Origin: an uncultured cyanobacterium
GTDB taxonomy: Bacteria > Cyanobacteriota > Cyanobacteriia > Cyanobacteriales > Cyanobacteriaceae
NCBI GenBank assembly: GCA_963749915.1
Contig: CAVVOP010000020.1
Coordinates: forward strand, 96,001 to 160,000
DNA: 64,000 nt
Direction of reading: 5' to 3'
In this document: piece after piece, positions 14,472-25,686 of the stretch
Numbering within the stretch: the first letter of the stretch is position 1
Layout: each line of letters begins with the position of its first letter
Position numbers and translations under genes: made by a program
Notes under the pieces: model-generated
Database searches by the model: none
Seen by the model: the letters and a program-made list of their open reading frames with translations, nothing else
What the model was told of the DNA's origin: nothing

Positions 14472-14502
14472 AACACTCTGGTTAACTCTGGGGTGTTTTT
14501 TT
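14472..14502 (+). terminator. Intrinsic terminator of the rrn operon
   Basis: G-U-rich hairpin ACACTCTGG/CTGGGGTGT followed by a T run. Confidence 0.6.
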
Positions 14503-14591
14503 GTAACCACAAAAAATAAAAAATTCGTTTATAATTAGGTAACAAATTGCAACAAAACTTAATATAAACTTTACCTAAATATTTTCAAGTT

Positions 14592-16118
14592 ATGAATCCC
14601 AATCAAAGCTCAAATCAACAAACGGCGGAATTGGAGAAAAATCAAACTGAAGCAGATCAAAAAATCAGATTATCGAAATGGTTACTGTCATTATTGATCT
14701 TGGGCAGTGGTTGGGGTGTTTGGCAGTTTTTTAGCCCATCCCCTATGGCTTCTCAAGCGGAAATTAGTCAGACTTTACCTCCTGCTAAACCTGTTATTAC
14801 TACTACTTTAACTACAGGAGAAGCCAATCGTAAAGTTAAGTTATTAGGGCAGGTAGAGGCAGGGGAAAAATCGACTCTTAGCAGTCAAATTGATGGTACA
14901 GTTAAACAAATTTTAGTTAAAGAAGGCGATCGCATTTCCAAGGAGATGGTGGTAGCAATTTTGGATGATGCCGATGTAAAACTCGCCCTGGCAGAGGCTA
15001 AAGCGAAATTAGCCCAAGAACAAAGTAATTTACAAAGATTAGAACTGGGAACTCGTTCAGAAATTATTACCCAAAGACAAGCCCAACTACAATCTGCCCA
15101 AGCGAGGGAAACTGAAGCCCAAGCTAATCTTGATAGTTTAATAACTTTACAACCTGATATAATCGCCCAAAGAAAAGCGGAATTAGAATCAGCTAAAACG
15201 AGGGCAAAGGAGGCAGAAGATAACTTAGCGAGAATTAAGACTTTAAGTGATGAGGGAGCAATTTCCGAAAGGGCATTAGTAGAAGCACAATCTTCTTTAG
15301 ATACTGCCTTTAGTCAGGTTTTGAGAGCAGAATCAGCTTTAAAGGCTCAAGAAACTCAAAGTCGTCAAGAAATTAGTGAAGCCAGAACTACTTTAGAGAA
15401 TATTCGCCATCAGAGTTTACAGATCAAAGCCAGTTTAGCAGAAGCCGAAGCAGGTTTTACCGTTGAAGAAATTGAGGCTCAAAAAAGCTTAGTCAACCTT
15501 GCCCAAGCTAATGTAAAAAAGGCCGAATTAGCCTTGCAACGGACAAAAATTAAAGCTCCTTTTTCGGGCATCATTCAAAGTAGAAACGTTGATACAGGTG
15601 ATTATGTAGAAATTAGTGATTCTATTGTAACTTTAGTTAACGATCGTCGTTTAGATATATTCTTAGAAATCCCTGAAAATTTAACCGGACAAGTTTCACA
15701 GGGCATGACAGTTAACTTATCTGCCCGTGCTTTACCCGATTGGCAACGAAAAACTGTAATTACAGCGGTTATTCCCTCTGCTGATAGTACCTCTCGTCGT
15801 CAGTTAGTCAGAGTTACTTTAGATAACCCCCCCCCTGAATTATTATCTGGGATGGCAATTCAAGCTAATTTAGAAATTCCCGTAGCGATCAATGATGGTT
15901 TTGTTGTGCCCAGAGATGCTTTGACTAGACGGGGGGATAAATGGTTATTATTTGCAGTGGAAAATAATCAAGCCAAACAGCTAGAAATACAAATGCTCGG
16001 TGATTTGGGGGAAGAGGTAATTATCAGTAATGCTCAATTACAACCAGGAAAAGTGATCGTACTTACTGGTGGCGATGGCTTAAGGGACAATTCTGCGGTT
16101 AAAGTGGTTTCACATTAG
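14592..16118 (+). CDS. RND efflux periplasmic adaptor (MFP) with long coiled coil
   Basis: N-terminal TM, lipoyl halves (IDGTVKQILVKEGD; IKAPFSG..VDTGDYV), long helical hairpin. Confidence 0.9.
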   Translation: MNPNQSSNQQTAELEKNQTEADQKIRLSKWLLSLLILGSGWGVWQFFSPSPMASQAEISQTLPPAKPVITTTLTTGEANRKVKLLGQVEAGEKSTLSSQIDGTVKQILVKEGDRISKEMVVAILDDADVKLALAEAKAKLAQEQSNLQRLELGTRSEIITQRQAQLQSAQARETEAQANLDSLITLQPDIIAQRKAELESAKTRAKEAEDNLARIKTLSDEGAISERALVEAQSSLDTAFSQVLRAESALKAQETQSRQEISEARTTLENIRHQSLQIKASLAEAEAGFTVEEIEAQKSLVNLAQANVKKAELALQRTKIKAPFSGIIQSRNVDTGDYVEISDSIVTLVNDRRLDIFLEIPENLTGQVSQGMTVNLSARALPDWQRKTVITAVIPSADSTSRRQLVRVTLDNPPPELLSGMAIQANLEIPVAINDGFVVPRDALTRRGDKWLLFAVENNQAKQLEIQMLGDLGEEVIISNAQLQPGKVIVLTGGDGLRDNSAVKVVSH

Positions 16119-16147
16119 CTTTCTTTCACAACTAAAACTAAATTGAT

Positions 16148-19100
16148 ATGAATTTCATTAAAATACTAGTTCGTTGGCGACATGGTACGGGCGTTTTATT
16201 TTGCTTATTAGCCTTATTCGGGATATTGGCATTATTTCAATTGCCGCTGGAATTACAACCTGGGGGAGATCTCCCTGAGATAAGTATTCGTACTCCTTAC
16301 CTAGGTGCAAGTCCGGCAGAAGTAGAAGATTTAGTAACTCGTCCCATTGAAGAAAGACTAGAAGAAGTCCCCGGTGTGCAGGAAATCACCAGTAGCAGTG
16401 GTTCAGGTGTCAGTCGTATCGATGTCAAATTTGACTGGGGTAGTGACGTCGATCGCAGTTTAGTAGATGTTTTAAATAAGTTACAACAAGTGGAAGCCTT
16501 ACCTCTAGAAGCAGATGAGTCTGAGGTGGAAGTCGTCAGCGGTAATAGTAGCCCGATGATGTGGATTGTACTAACTCCCAAAGAAGGTTTCACTCCTGAT
16601 GAGTATCATTATCGAGATTTAGTAGATGATGTAATTGTGCCTCGTTTACGTCAAGTGCAAGGTATAGGTGAGTTTATCATTTCAGGAGGTAGGGAAAGAG
16701 AAGTTGAAGTGATTGTTGATCCCAAAGCCCTTGCCGATCGCAATTTAACCATTGCCGATGTGATACGCACCTTAAGGAATAATAATCGAGATATTCGCGG
16801 TGGTCCTTTAGTACTAGGTAGAAGAGAATATCGAGTTCGGACTCTTAGCCGTATTAACGATGTTAAACAACTAGAAGAATTTGTCTTACGGAGAGATGAA
16901 TCAGGTACAGTCTATTTAGCAGATGTGGCACAAGCAAAAATTGGTAGAGCCATTCAAGATAGAGCTTTATTGAGAAATAATGAGCCGGCTGTGGGTATTG
17001 GTATTATTCGGCAAGTAGGGGGTAATGTACCCCAAATTTCCCAGGGAATCAAGCAACAGTTAGCTTATTTAGAGAAAAGATTTGATCAAGAAGGGGAAGG
17101 AATTATCTTTGATCTTACCTACGATGAAAACGATTACATCAACCAATCTATTTCTTTTGTCCAGGGTAATTTAATTATCGGAGCGATTTTAGCCGCCTTA
17201 ATTTTATTGTTATTTTTAGGTTCAATTCGCACCGTAGCGGTAATTGCGATTTCCATTCCTACTACTATCATTACTGTTTTTCTGGTGTTTTATTTCCTTG
17301 ATAGAACTTTAAATGTTATTAGTTTAGCCGGTTTAGCTTTTGCAGTAGGCATGGTGGTTGATAATGCCATCGTTGTCTTAGAAAATGTCTTTAGTCATCT
17401 GCAAAAAGGTAAAACCCCTGTCAAAGCGGCGATCGATGGTACTCAAGAGGTAGCAGGGGCAATGTTAGCCTCCACCTTAACCACCGTAGCAGTATTTGCC
17501 CCCATTGTTTTAGTTACAGGAGAAGCAGGGCAGTTATTTTTCGATATTGGTATTGCTTTATCAGCCTCGGTATTATTTTCCTTATTTGCCGCTATTACCC
17601 TGGTGCCGATGTTAGCAGGTTTATTCCTGACTCGTAATGAAGCCGAGCAAATGTTAACACAAGGGGAATATCGAGGAGAAAATTGGTTAAAAAGCAGTAT
17701 TAGTAAAACTTCAAGAATTTTTCGGGATTTACAGAATAGATTAGAAACATTTCTGCTCAAAACCGTCCGTTGGTCTTTAGGTAAAGGTAAACTAAAAAGA
17801 AGGTTAATTGTGTTAGCATCCCCTTTACTATTACTCTTAATCAGTATTCAATTTTTGCCCCCTGCGGATTATCTACCTGAAGGCAATCGCAACTTAATCC
17901 TATGGTTAGCTGAACCCCATCCAGGTACGAGTATCCCCGAAGCCATTAAACTATCAGAAGAGGCAAGAAATTTTGCAGCACAACAACCAGAAGTTATGCG
18001 CACTTTGTATGTACATCGCCCCGGTAGGAGAATTATTGCGGTATTTGTTAAACCTGAATTAGCTACGGGTAATAATCTTGATAGTTTAGTGGAAAGATTA
18101 CGCACTAAGAGCAATGATTACCCTGGTTACCGCTTCCTTATACCCATTAGAGTTTCTATTTTCCGAGACCCGGGTAAAGAATTTGAAGTACAAATTATTG
18201 GGGAAAATTTGGAGGAATTGAATAAAATTCAGCAGGAATTATCTCAAAAAATTCGGGGTTTACAAGGAGTCGTAAATGTAAGATCAGATTTTGTCACAGG
18301 GGCACCTGAATTACAGGTTATTCCTAATCGTGAGCGTTTAGCAGAAGCTCAAGTTTCTGAGTCAGAAATTGGTGAAATAGTTCAGGCAGCATTGGGAGGA
18401 GTTAGAGCTTCAGAGTTTGTTGACGGCAACCGAGAGTTAAATGTAACGGTAGAATTAAAAGATACTTTTGTTTCTTCTCCTGAACAATTGCGACAATTAG
18501 CGATTTATAATGGGCAAGGACAAGGATTACAGTTAACTGATGTTGCGGAAGTTGTCGAAACCACTGGGGCAGATAGTATTAATCATGTAAACTTAGAGCG
18601 TTCCGTAACTTTAACGGTCAGTGTGGAAAGGGAAGCACCTCTGGGGGCGTTAATTAATCAAACTGAACAATCCATTCTTAAACCTTTACAAGCAACTCTA
18701 CCCCTAGGGGTACGTTTAGAGTTAGCGGGTTCGGCGGATGTGTTAGCGGAAACATTGTTTCAATTAGGCTCAACTTTTTTACTGTCTTTGGTAATCACTT
18801 ATTTGTTATTAGTAGCCTTATATCGGTCATTTAGCTATCCTTTAATTATTATGGCAACAGTGCCAATTGGCATTTCTGGGGCATTATTCTGTCTTGTCTT
18901 GGCTAATCTAATCCCCGATGTAGTTGTACCGTTGGATATGATTACAGGGTTAGGTTTCGTCATTTTAACGGGTATCGTGGTAAATAATGCAATTTTGTTA
19001 GTCGATCGAGCTTTACAATTGCAAGATGAGGGAATGGAATATGACTCCTCTTTGTACTACGCGGTTAGCGATCGCCTTCGTCCAATTTTCATGTCAGCAG

Positions 19101-19345
19101 GTACGAGTGTTTTGGGTATGTTGCCTTTGGCGATAATTCCCGGTAAAGGTGCAGAATTGTATCAGGGTTTGGGGATTGTTTTAACAGGAGGTTTACTGCT
19201 TTCTACCTTCTTAACCCCAACGGTTATTCCTGCTTTGATGGGGTTGTTACAGGACTTTTCGGATAGAAGTAGAAAGGCTAAAAACCAGATTAGCCAGAAA
19301 AATGAGCCAGAAAAAGAGCAATTAAAAATAGGAGAAAAATTTTAA
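16148..19345 (+). CDS. RND efflux permease (AcrB/AcrD/AcrF family)
   Basis: 1065 aa, 12-TM pattern, GMVVDNAIVVLEN and RLRPIFMS. Confidence 0.93.
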   Translation: MNFIKILVRWRHGTGVLFCLLALFGILALFQLPLELQPGGDLPEISIRTPYLGASPAEVEDLVTRPIEERLEEVPGVQEITSSSGSGVSRIDVKFDWGSDVDRSLVDVLNKLQQVEALPLEADESEVEVVSGNSSPMMWIVLTPKEGFTPDEYHYRDLVDDVIVPRLRQVQGIGEFIISGGREREVEVIVDPKALADRNLTIADVIRTLRNNNRDIRGGPLVLGRREYRVRTLSRINDVKQLEEFVLRRDESGTVYLADVAQAKIGRAIQDRALLRNNEPAVGIGIIRQVGGNVPQISQGIKQQLAYLEKRFDQEGEGIIFDLTYDENDYINQSISFVQGNLIIGAILAALILLLFLGSIRTVAVIAISIPTTIITVFLVFYFLDRTLNVISLAGLAFAVGMVVDNAIVVLENVFSHLQKGKTPVKAAIDGTQEVAGAMLASTLTTVAVFAPIVLVTGEAGQLFFDIGIALSASVLFSLFAAITLVPMLAGLFLTRNEAEQMLTQGEYRGENWLKSSISKTSRIFRDLQNRLETFLLKTVRWSLGKGKLKRRLIVLASPLLLLLISIQFLPPADYLPEGNRNLILWLAEPHPGTSIPEAIKLSEEARNFAAQQPEVMRTLYVHRPGRRIIAVFVKPELATGNNLDSLVERLRTKSNDYPGYRFLIPIRVSIFRDPGKEFEVQIIGENLEELNKIQQELSQKIRGLQGVVNVRSDFVTGAPELQVIPNRERLAEAQVSESEIGEIVQAALGGVRASEFVDGNRELNVTVELKDTFVSSPEQLRQLAIYNGQGQGLQLTDVAEVVETTGADSINHVNLERSVTLTVSVEREAPLGALINQTEQSILKPLQATLPLGVRLELAGSADVLAETLFQLGSTFLLSLVITYLLLVALYRSFSYPLIIMATVPIGISGALFCLVLANLIPDVVVPLDMITGLGFVILTGIVVNNAILLVDRALQLQDEGMEYDSSLYYAVSDRLRPIFMSAGTSVLGMLPLAIIPGKGAELYQGLGIVLTGGLLLSTFLTPTVIPALMGLLQDFSDRSRKAKNQISQKNEPEKEQLKIGEKF

Positions 19346-19380
19346 TCTTAATTGAAAAACAAATTTCATTGGCAATGCTT

Positions 19381-20946
19381 ATGACGACAAATACAGAAAT
19401 AGTAATTATCGGTAGTGGTTTAGGCGGTTTATGTTGCGGAGCAATGTTAGCCCATTATGGTTATGATGTGATTATCTGTGAAAGTCATGGGATCCCAGGT
19501 GGGGCGGCACACGGTTTCGAGTATAAAGGGTTTAAATTTGATTCAGGTCCTTCTCTTTACTCTGGCTTATCCTATTCTCCATCTACTAATCCTTTACGTC
19601 AATTGCTGGACATTATCGAAGAAGATACGCAATGGAAAACTTACCCTAGTTGGGGTGTCTGGTTGCCCGAAGGTTATTTTGATATGGCAGTGGGTGCCGA
19701 TGCTTTTTATCAATTATTACAAGAATTACGGGGGCAAGATGTAGCCAATCAGTGGCGAAAATTGCAAGAGTATATGAAACCATTAAGTAAAGCATCAATA
19801 GCAATTCCCCCTGTTGCATTCCGTTATGATTTGGGGGCGATTTTTACTCTATTCCCCTACGCTATTTCTATGTTACCTTATGTTTTTTCCGCAGGAAAGT
19901 TAACGGGTAGTTTTGGCAAAATTATGAATGGAGTTGTGAGTGATAAATTTATTCGTAATTGGTTAGATTTACTTTGTTTTATGTTATCTGGTTTACCTGC
20001 TAATGGCACATCGGCGGCAGAAATGGCCTTTATGTTTGCAGAATGGTACCGCCCCAATGTTGTCTTAGATTATCCTGTAGGGGGTAGTGAAGCGATAATT
20101 AATGCTTTAGTGAGAGCATTGGCAAAAAAAGGCGGAAAATTGCTGTTATCTAGTCATATTGAGCAAATTTTAGTTAATAATAATCAGGCAGTGGGGGTTA
20201 AATTAAGCAACGGGAAGGAAATTAAGGCCAGTAAAGCAGTGATTTCTAATGCTTCAATTTGGGATACCGTGAAAATTATTCCTGATGGGGTTTTATCAAA
20301 AGATTATCAGCAAAATGTCAAAAATACCCCGATGAATAACAGTTTTATGCACTTACATTTAGGCATTGACGGCACAGGAATTGATCCTAATTTGCCTTGT
20401 CATCATCTAGTGGTTAACGATTGGGAAAAGGGTGTCACCTCAGAACAAAATGTTGTCGCAATCTCTATTCCTTCTCTCATAGATTCTACTTTAGCACCGG
20501 AAGGAAAACACGCTATTCATGTTTATACACCTGCGACTGAACCTTATGAAATTTGGGCTGGTTTAGATAGAAAAAGTGAAGCCTATAAATTACAAAAAGA
20601 AAGGCGATCGCAAGTTATGTGGGAAGCATTGGAAAGATTTATCCCTGATATTCGCCAAAGATGTGAGGTAACTTTAGTTGGTACACCTTTAACCCATGAG
20701 CGATTTTTAAGACGTTATCAAGGTACTTATGGTGGGGCATGGAATGCAGATGAAGGTTTATTTCCTTCTTCTCAAACTCCTGTCAAGAATTTATATTGTT
20801 GTGGAGATTCAACTTTTCCTGGTATTGGTGTACCTGCTGTTGCCGCAAATGGAATGATTACTGCTAATACTTTAGCAAGGGTTGATCAGCATTTAGGGGT
20901 GTTAAATAAAGTGAACTATTCTCCCTCCCCCCAATCTGTTTCTTGA
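19381..20946 (+). CDS. Carotenoid isomerase/phytoene dehydrogenase-family FAD oxidoreductase
   Basis: IIGSGLGGL, GGAAH.F...GF.FDSGPSL, GTPLTHERF and CGDSTFPGIGVPAVA. Confidence 0.8.
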   Translation: MTTNTEIVIIGSGLGGLCCGAMLAHYGYDVIICESHGIPGGAAHGFEYKGFKFDSGPSLYSGLSYSPSTNPLRQLLDIIEEDTQWKTYPSWGVWLPEGYFDMAVGADAFYQLLQELRGQDVANQWRKLQEYMKPLSKASIAIPPVAFRYDLGAIFTLFPYAISMLPYVFSAGKLTGSFGKIMNGVVSDKFIRNWLDLLCFMLSGLPANGTSAAEMAFMFAEWYRPNVVLDYPVGGSEAIINALVRALAKKGGKLLLSSHIEQILVNNNQAVGVKLSNGKEIKASKAVISNASIWDTVKIIPDGVLSKDYQQNVKNTPMNNSFMHLHLGIDGTGIDPNLPCHHLVVNDWEKGVTSEQNVVAISIPSLIDSTLAPEGKHAIHVYTPATEPYEIWAGLDRKSEAYKLQKERRSQVMWEALERFIPDIRQRCEVTLVGTPLTHERFLRRYQGTYGGAWNADEGLFPSSQTPVKNLYCCGDSTFPGIGVPAVAANGMITANTLARVDQHLGVLNKVNYSPSPQSVS

Positions 20947-20999
20947 AAGTAAGTAGTATTATTTTTAATTATATTAACTAAGATTATGTAACTAAGATT

Positions 21000-21677
21000 A
21001 TGTATTTATTAATTCCAGCGGCAGGAATGGGTAAACGAATGGGAAGCAATCATAATAAATTACTCCTACAATTAAAAGGAAAACCCTTGTTGGCATGGAC
21101 ATTAATGGCGGCTAGTGAGTCAAAAACCATAGAATGGATTGGCGTTATGGGACAACCCTATGATTTTCCTGTATTTGAAGAAATTATCGTCCAAGTTAAC
21201 CCCTGCAAACCTGTGAAATTAATTCAAGGGGGAGAGACGAGACAACAATCAGTGTACAATGGTTTACAAGCATTGCCAAGAAAGGCAGAAAAAGTTTTAA
21301 TCCATGATGGGGCGAGGTGCTTGGCTACCCCACAATTATTCGATCGCTGTGGGGAAAGTTTGTTACGCTGTCAAGGATTAATCGCTGCTATACCCGTTAA
21401 AGATACTATTAAAATCGTTAACTCGGATCTCGTAGTGACAGATACCCCCCCAAGGGAAAATTTGTGGGCAGCGCAGACTCCCCAAGGTTTTGATGTAAAA
21501 TTATTAAAGGAATGTCATGAAAAAGGACTTAATTTAGGTTGGGAAGTGACAGATGATGCGGCACTACTTGAAAAATGCGGTTTTCCTGTGCAAATAGTCA
21601 ACGGAGAAGAAACGAATCTGAAAGTAACTACCCCCATCGATTTAACGATCGCCAAATTTATTTTACAACAAAGATAA
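21000..21677 (+). CDS. ispD: 2-C-methyl-D-erythritol 4-phosphate cytidylyltransferase
   Basis: PAAGMGKRMG..NK, GGETRQQSV, IHDGAR, AQTPQ, TDDA and NLKVTTP.DL. Confidence 0.95.
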   Translation: MYLLIPAAGMGKRMGSNHNKLLLQLKGKPLLAWTLMAASESKTIEWIGVMGQPYDFPVFEEIIVQVNPCKPVKLIQGGETRQQSVYNGLQALPRKAEKVLIHDGARCLATPQLFDRCGESLLRCQGLIAAIPVKDTIKIVNSDLVVTDTPPRENLWAAQTPQGFDVKLLKECHEKGLNLGWEVTDDAALLEKCGFPVQIVNGEETNLKVTTPIDLTIAKFILQQR

Positions 21678-21885
21678 TAATCAGAGTTCCCATTATAGGG
21701 GTAAATGGCTTATTTAATTGTTTAGTCTGGGACAAAAATCGCTATGATTAAGTTATACTTGAGAAAATTAGTGATGCTTTACCCAATCGAAGTCACAATC
21801 TAATTAGAGTTTTTTTAGTCTTAAAAATATTTAATCTCGGTTTAATTTTCAATCCCATCCTTTAGAATCGAAACTTCTTGAGAGA

Positions 21886-24800
21886 ATGTCTATGATTAAC
21901 AGTGAACAAGCCAGCAAAAACCAAAAACTATACAAACAGACTCTGCTACATCTGGGCGAAATGTTAAAGATTTTGAAACAAGGAGATAGTAATCGTAATC
22001 GGGAAAATCTTAAATCCCATTGTGACTATTTATTGAGTCAAGGGAAAAAACAAAATCTTTTTGGTTGGGTGGAGGTCATGGAAACGGCAAAAGTGGCCAT
22101 CATCACAACCGAAAATAATTATGAGTCCACTACTAAACTGATAATTAAGGAAATTAAAAAAGCAGGAGAATATTTAGTCAAAAATGAGATTGATTCTATT
22201 GGCGTTACTGATGAATTAAGGCACTTAGTCCTATCGCCATCAAGGACAGTATCAATGGATGTGGAAACCATTCACGTTGATTTGAAAGAAGAAATACCAA
22301 AAGAAGTAATAGATAATCAGAAAAGTACCGTTGAAAGAGATTTATGGGAAGAAACACAACTAGACTTTAATCCCCCCATTCCTGAAAACTCTGAAGAGGA
22401 CCCATTAAATGATTGGGAGTTTCCCCCAGATGAAAATGAACATATGCCATCAGATGGTGATAATACCTCTCAGGATTTATCAGATTTATTTGATGACAGT
22501 GAATTATTAGAATCCATGGAACATGACGACAAAGCTGGGGTTATGGAAAAAAACATAGAGATGGATGATTTGGATAATTTATTTGATGATGTAGCTAGAA
22601 GTCAAGTAATCATAGATGATCCTCGAGAAGAATTAAAAAAGATCTCAGCAAATCTTGATGATTTAGAAATAGAAGAGGATTTCGCTAGTATGGGTACTTT
22701 TAATACTTTCCAAATTTTACGGCCTGCAAAATCAAAACTAATTCCAATGGTGTTTTATGATGAGTTTGAACAACTAAATACCTTAATACAGAGCCCTTTT
22801 TCTTCTCAGGAAGAAGATTCGTTTTTGGATTTAGAATCTATGATTAATAATCATGAGATGAAGTACTATGAGGATAACAGCGACTTAGAAAGATTAATAA
22901 ATTATTCTCAGAAACATTCGGAAAAAGTTGATTGGCAACACTTATTTGATATCATTGAAGATATACCAGAAGCCCCATTTGCTCAAAGTAAAATTAAGAC
23001 TTTTGTTCCTCAAAATCAGCCTTATATCGATTCAGAATTAAGTGATTTAGATCAATTGTTAGCAGAGGCGGGAAATGTTAAAAGAAAACCACAAAAGTGG
23101 TCTCCTCCGGCCAACAAAACTCTTAATAATAATCAGGCTAAAACTTTTGAGCAGAGTATGAGAGTTCCGGTCAAACAACTGAATAACCTTAACAACCTTG
23201 TAGGAGAAATGGTTGTTCGTCGTAATCGCCTGGAGGAAGATCAGGATAAATTGAGACAATTTTTAGACAATCTCCTTTCCCATGTCCAAAATTTGAGTGA
23301 TGTGGGTGCGAGAATGCAAGATATGTATGAAAAAAGTCTCATGGAAGGTGCTTTGATCGACGGCCGTAAAAAAAATGAGGCGATGGTAAAAGCGCAGTTT
23401 TTGAGGGCTGAAGTTAGATCCGAAGCCACCTATCTTGGCGATGGCAATAAGAAAACTAATCCTGATAGCAAACAACTTCAAATACCAGAATTGGATGAAT
23501 TAGAACTCGATCGCTTTACCGGGTTTCACCTACTTTCTCAGGAAATTATTGAGTTAATCGTCAGGGTAAGAGAGTCAACCTCTGATATTCAATTCCTTGT
23601 GGATGAGACAGATCAGTTAGGTAGAAATTTGCGACAAGTAACAACACAGCTACAGGAAGAGATCAACAAGTCTCGCATGGTATCCTTTGCTCAAAATGCC
23701 GATCGCTTACCCTTACCTATCCGTAAAATTGCACGGGGATACGAGAAACAAGTAGAACTAAAAATAGAGGGACGAGAAGTCTTAATTGATAAAATGATCC
23801 TCGAACATTTATGGGATCCTCTCTTACAAATTACGAAAAACTGTATAACTCATGGTATTGAATTGCCTCACGAAAGAGAGGAAATCGGGAAGCCACCTAC
23901 GGGTACAATTACCGTGAGAGCTTTTTTGCAAGGACCTCAAACTGTCATATCTATATCCGATGATGGTGCCGGAATCGATGTTCAAAAAATCAAGAAAAAA
24001 GTCATTCAAAGTAAGCTCATTACTCCCGATCAAGTTAAAAACTTAAAGGATCAAGATATTTACGACTTTTTATTCAACGCTGGTTTTACCACTAAGGAAA
24101 AAGCTGATAGTCATGCGGGAAGGGGAGTTGGTTTAGATATTGTCCGCACTAAGCTAAACGAAATTAGAGGTAATGTAACAGTTGATTCTACTCTCGGACA
24201 GGGAACAACTTTTACGATTCGTTTACCTTTAACCCTGAGTATTGGTAAAGCCTTATGTTGTATCAATCATAATGCCCGTATCGCTTTTCCCATCGATGGA
24301 ATAGAAGACGCAAAAGACTATTCCGCCAGTGAAATCAAAATTAACTCCCAAGGGCAAAAATGTATTCTGTGGAAAAATACTTTATTACCCTTCCGTCCTC
24401 TCACCACCTTGATGAATTATAATCGTCAAGTAACTCGCGGTATTATGTACACCAATAATCAAAACGAGGAAACTATCCCCATTGTGATTTTACGGGGGGG
24501 TAGTAATTTATTAGCCATCCAAGTAGATAAGGTGTTAGGACAAGAAGAAATCGTTATTAAACAAATTTCTGGTCCTTTCCCGAAGCCTAAAGGCATTGCC
24601 GGGGCGACAGTTCGCAGTGATGGTATTGTCATGGCCATCGGTGACGTCATTGAACTTATTGAGATTGCTCAAGGTAACTTAAGTACCAAAGTTGATGTGG
24701 ATATGCCCCAACAGTTCCACAGTGATCTGACTATTTATGACCCCGTTAAAACTCAACCTTTAGTCTTGATTGTTGACGACTCCATTACCGTAAGGGAAAT

Positions 24801-25617
24801 GTTGTCCATAAGTTTCAAAAAATCAAATTATCGAGTTGAACAAGCCAGGGACGGACAGGAAGCATGGCAAAAATTACAATCGGGACTCCCCTGTGACATC
24901 GTTTTTTGTGATATTGAAATGCCGAGAATGAATGGATTGGACTTATTACAACATATGCAAGAAGATCCCAAATTAGCCCATATACCCTTAGCCATTCTTT
25001 CTTCTCGTGGTGCCGAAAAACATAAACGTATTGCCGCCGAATTAGGGGCAGCGGCTTATCTCATTAAACCATATGTAGATTCAGACCTGATTGATTCTAC
25101 CAAGAGAATGTTGGAAGGAGAAGTGTTATTACTCGGTAGCACCAAAAAACCGACAGTAAAAGTTAATAAATCCTCCCTGGCTTCTCAACAACAAAATACT
25201 TCCAATGTCAAGAAAAAATCAAATTCGGCACCGATAGTATTAATTATTGATGACTCAGTAGTTGTTAGGGAAATGTTATCCATGACCTTTAAAAAAGCTG
25301 GTTATCAAATAGAACAGGCCAGAGATGGTCAGGAAGCCTGGGATAAAATAGTAGGAGGCTTACCCTGCGATCTGTTACTGTGTGACATTGAAATGCCTCG
25401 CATGAACGGTTTAGAGTTACTGGCGAAAATGCAACAGGACGAAACTTTCTCCAAATTACCTGTAGCGATGGTAACGTCCCGTGGTGCTGAAAAACACCGT
25501 AAAATTGCCGCCGATTTAGGGGCAAAAGCCTATTTCACTAAACCCTATTTAGAGGAAGAATTGTTGAATGCCGCCAAAAAATTAATCAAGGGTGAAACAA
25601 TTATCGATGAAGAATGA
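21886..25617 (+). CDS. CheA-like hybrid histidine kinase with CheW and two receiver domains (PilL-C-like)
   Basis: Dimerisation MRVPVKQLNNLNNLVGE; HATPase HGIE, DDGAGID and GRGVGLDIV; CheW domain; two REC domains (IVDDS...CDIEMPRMNG and IIDDS...CDIEMPRMNG). Confidence 0.88.
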   Translation: MSMINSEQASKNQKLYKQTLLHLGEMLKILKQGDSNRNRENLKSHCDYLLSQGKKQNLFGWVEVMETAKVAIITTENNYESTTKLIIKEIKKAGEYLVKNEIDSIGVTDELRHLVLSPSRTVSMDVETIHVDLKEEIPKEVIDNQKSTVERDLWEETQLDFNPPIPENSEEDPLNDWEFPPDENEHMPSDGDNTSQDLSDLFDDSELLESMEHDDKAGVMEKNIEMDDLDNLFDDVARSQVIIDDPREELKKISANLDDLEIEEDFASMGTFNTFQILRPAKSKLIPMVFYDEFEQLNTLIQSPFSSQEEDSFLDLESMINNHEMKYYEDNSDLERLINYSQKHSEKVDWQHLFDIIEDIPEAPFAQSKIKTFVPQNQPYIDSELSDLDQLLAEAGNVKRKPQKWSPPANKTLNNNQAKTFEQSMRVPVKQLNNLNNLVGEMVVRRNRLEEDQDKLRQFLDNLLSHVQNLSDVGARMQDMYEKSLMEGALIDGRKKNEAMVKAQFLRAEVRSEATYLGDGNKKTNPDSKQLQIPELDELELDRFTGFHLLSQEIIELIVRVRESTSDIQFLVDETDQLGRNLRQVTTQLQEEINKSRMVSFAQNADRLPLPIRKIARGYEKQVELKIEGREVLIDKMILEHLWDPLLQITKNCITHGIELPHEREEIGKPPTGTITVRAFLQGPQTVISISDDGAGIDVQKIKKKVIQSKLITPDQVKNLKDQDIYDFLFNAGFTTKEKADSHAGRGVGLDIVRTKLNEIRGNVTVDSTLGQGTTFTIRLPLTLSIGKALCCINHNARIAFPIDGIEDAKDYSASEIKINSQGQKCILWKNTLLPFRPLTTLMNYNRQVTRGIMYTNNQNEETIPIVILRGGSNLLAIQVDKVLGQEEIVIKQISGPFPKPKGIAGATVRSDGIVMAIGDVIELIEIAQGNLSTKVDVDMPQQFHSDLTIYDPVKTQPLVLIVDDSITVREMLSISFKKSNYRVEQARDGQEAWQKLQSGLPCDIVFCDIEMPRMNGLDLLQHMQEDPKLAHIPLAILSSRGAEKHKRIAAELGAAAYLIKPYVDSDLIDSTKRMLEGEVLLLGSTKKPTVKVNKSSLASQQQNTSNVKKKSNSAPIVLIIDDSVVVREMLSMTFKKAGYQIEQARDGQEAWDKIVGGLPCDLLLCDIEMPRMNGLELLAKMQQDETFSKLPVAMVTSRGAEKHRKIAADLGAKAYFTKPYLEEELLNAAKKLIKGETIIDEE

Positions 25618-25686
25618 ATAAAGGCAGAAAGCAGTCGAAGGTAATGAATTCCTGAAAATTTTAATTTTTAATTCTCAGAACCCATA

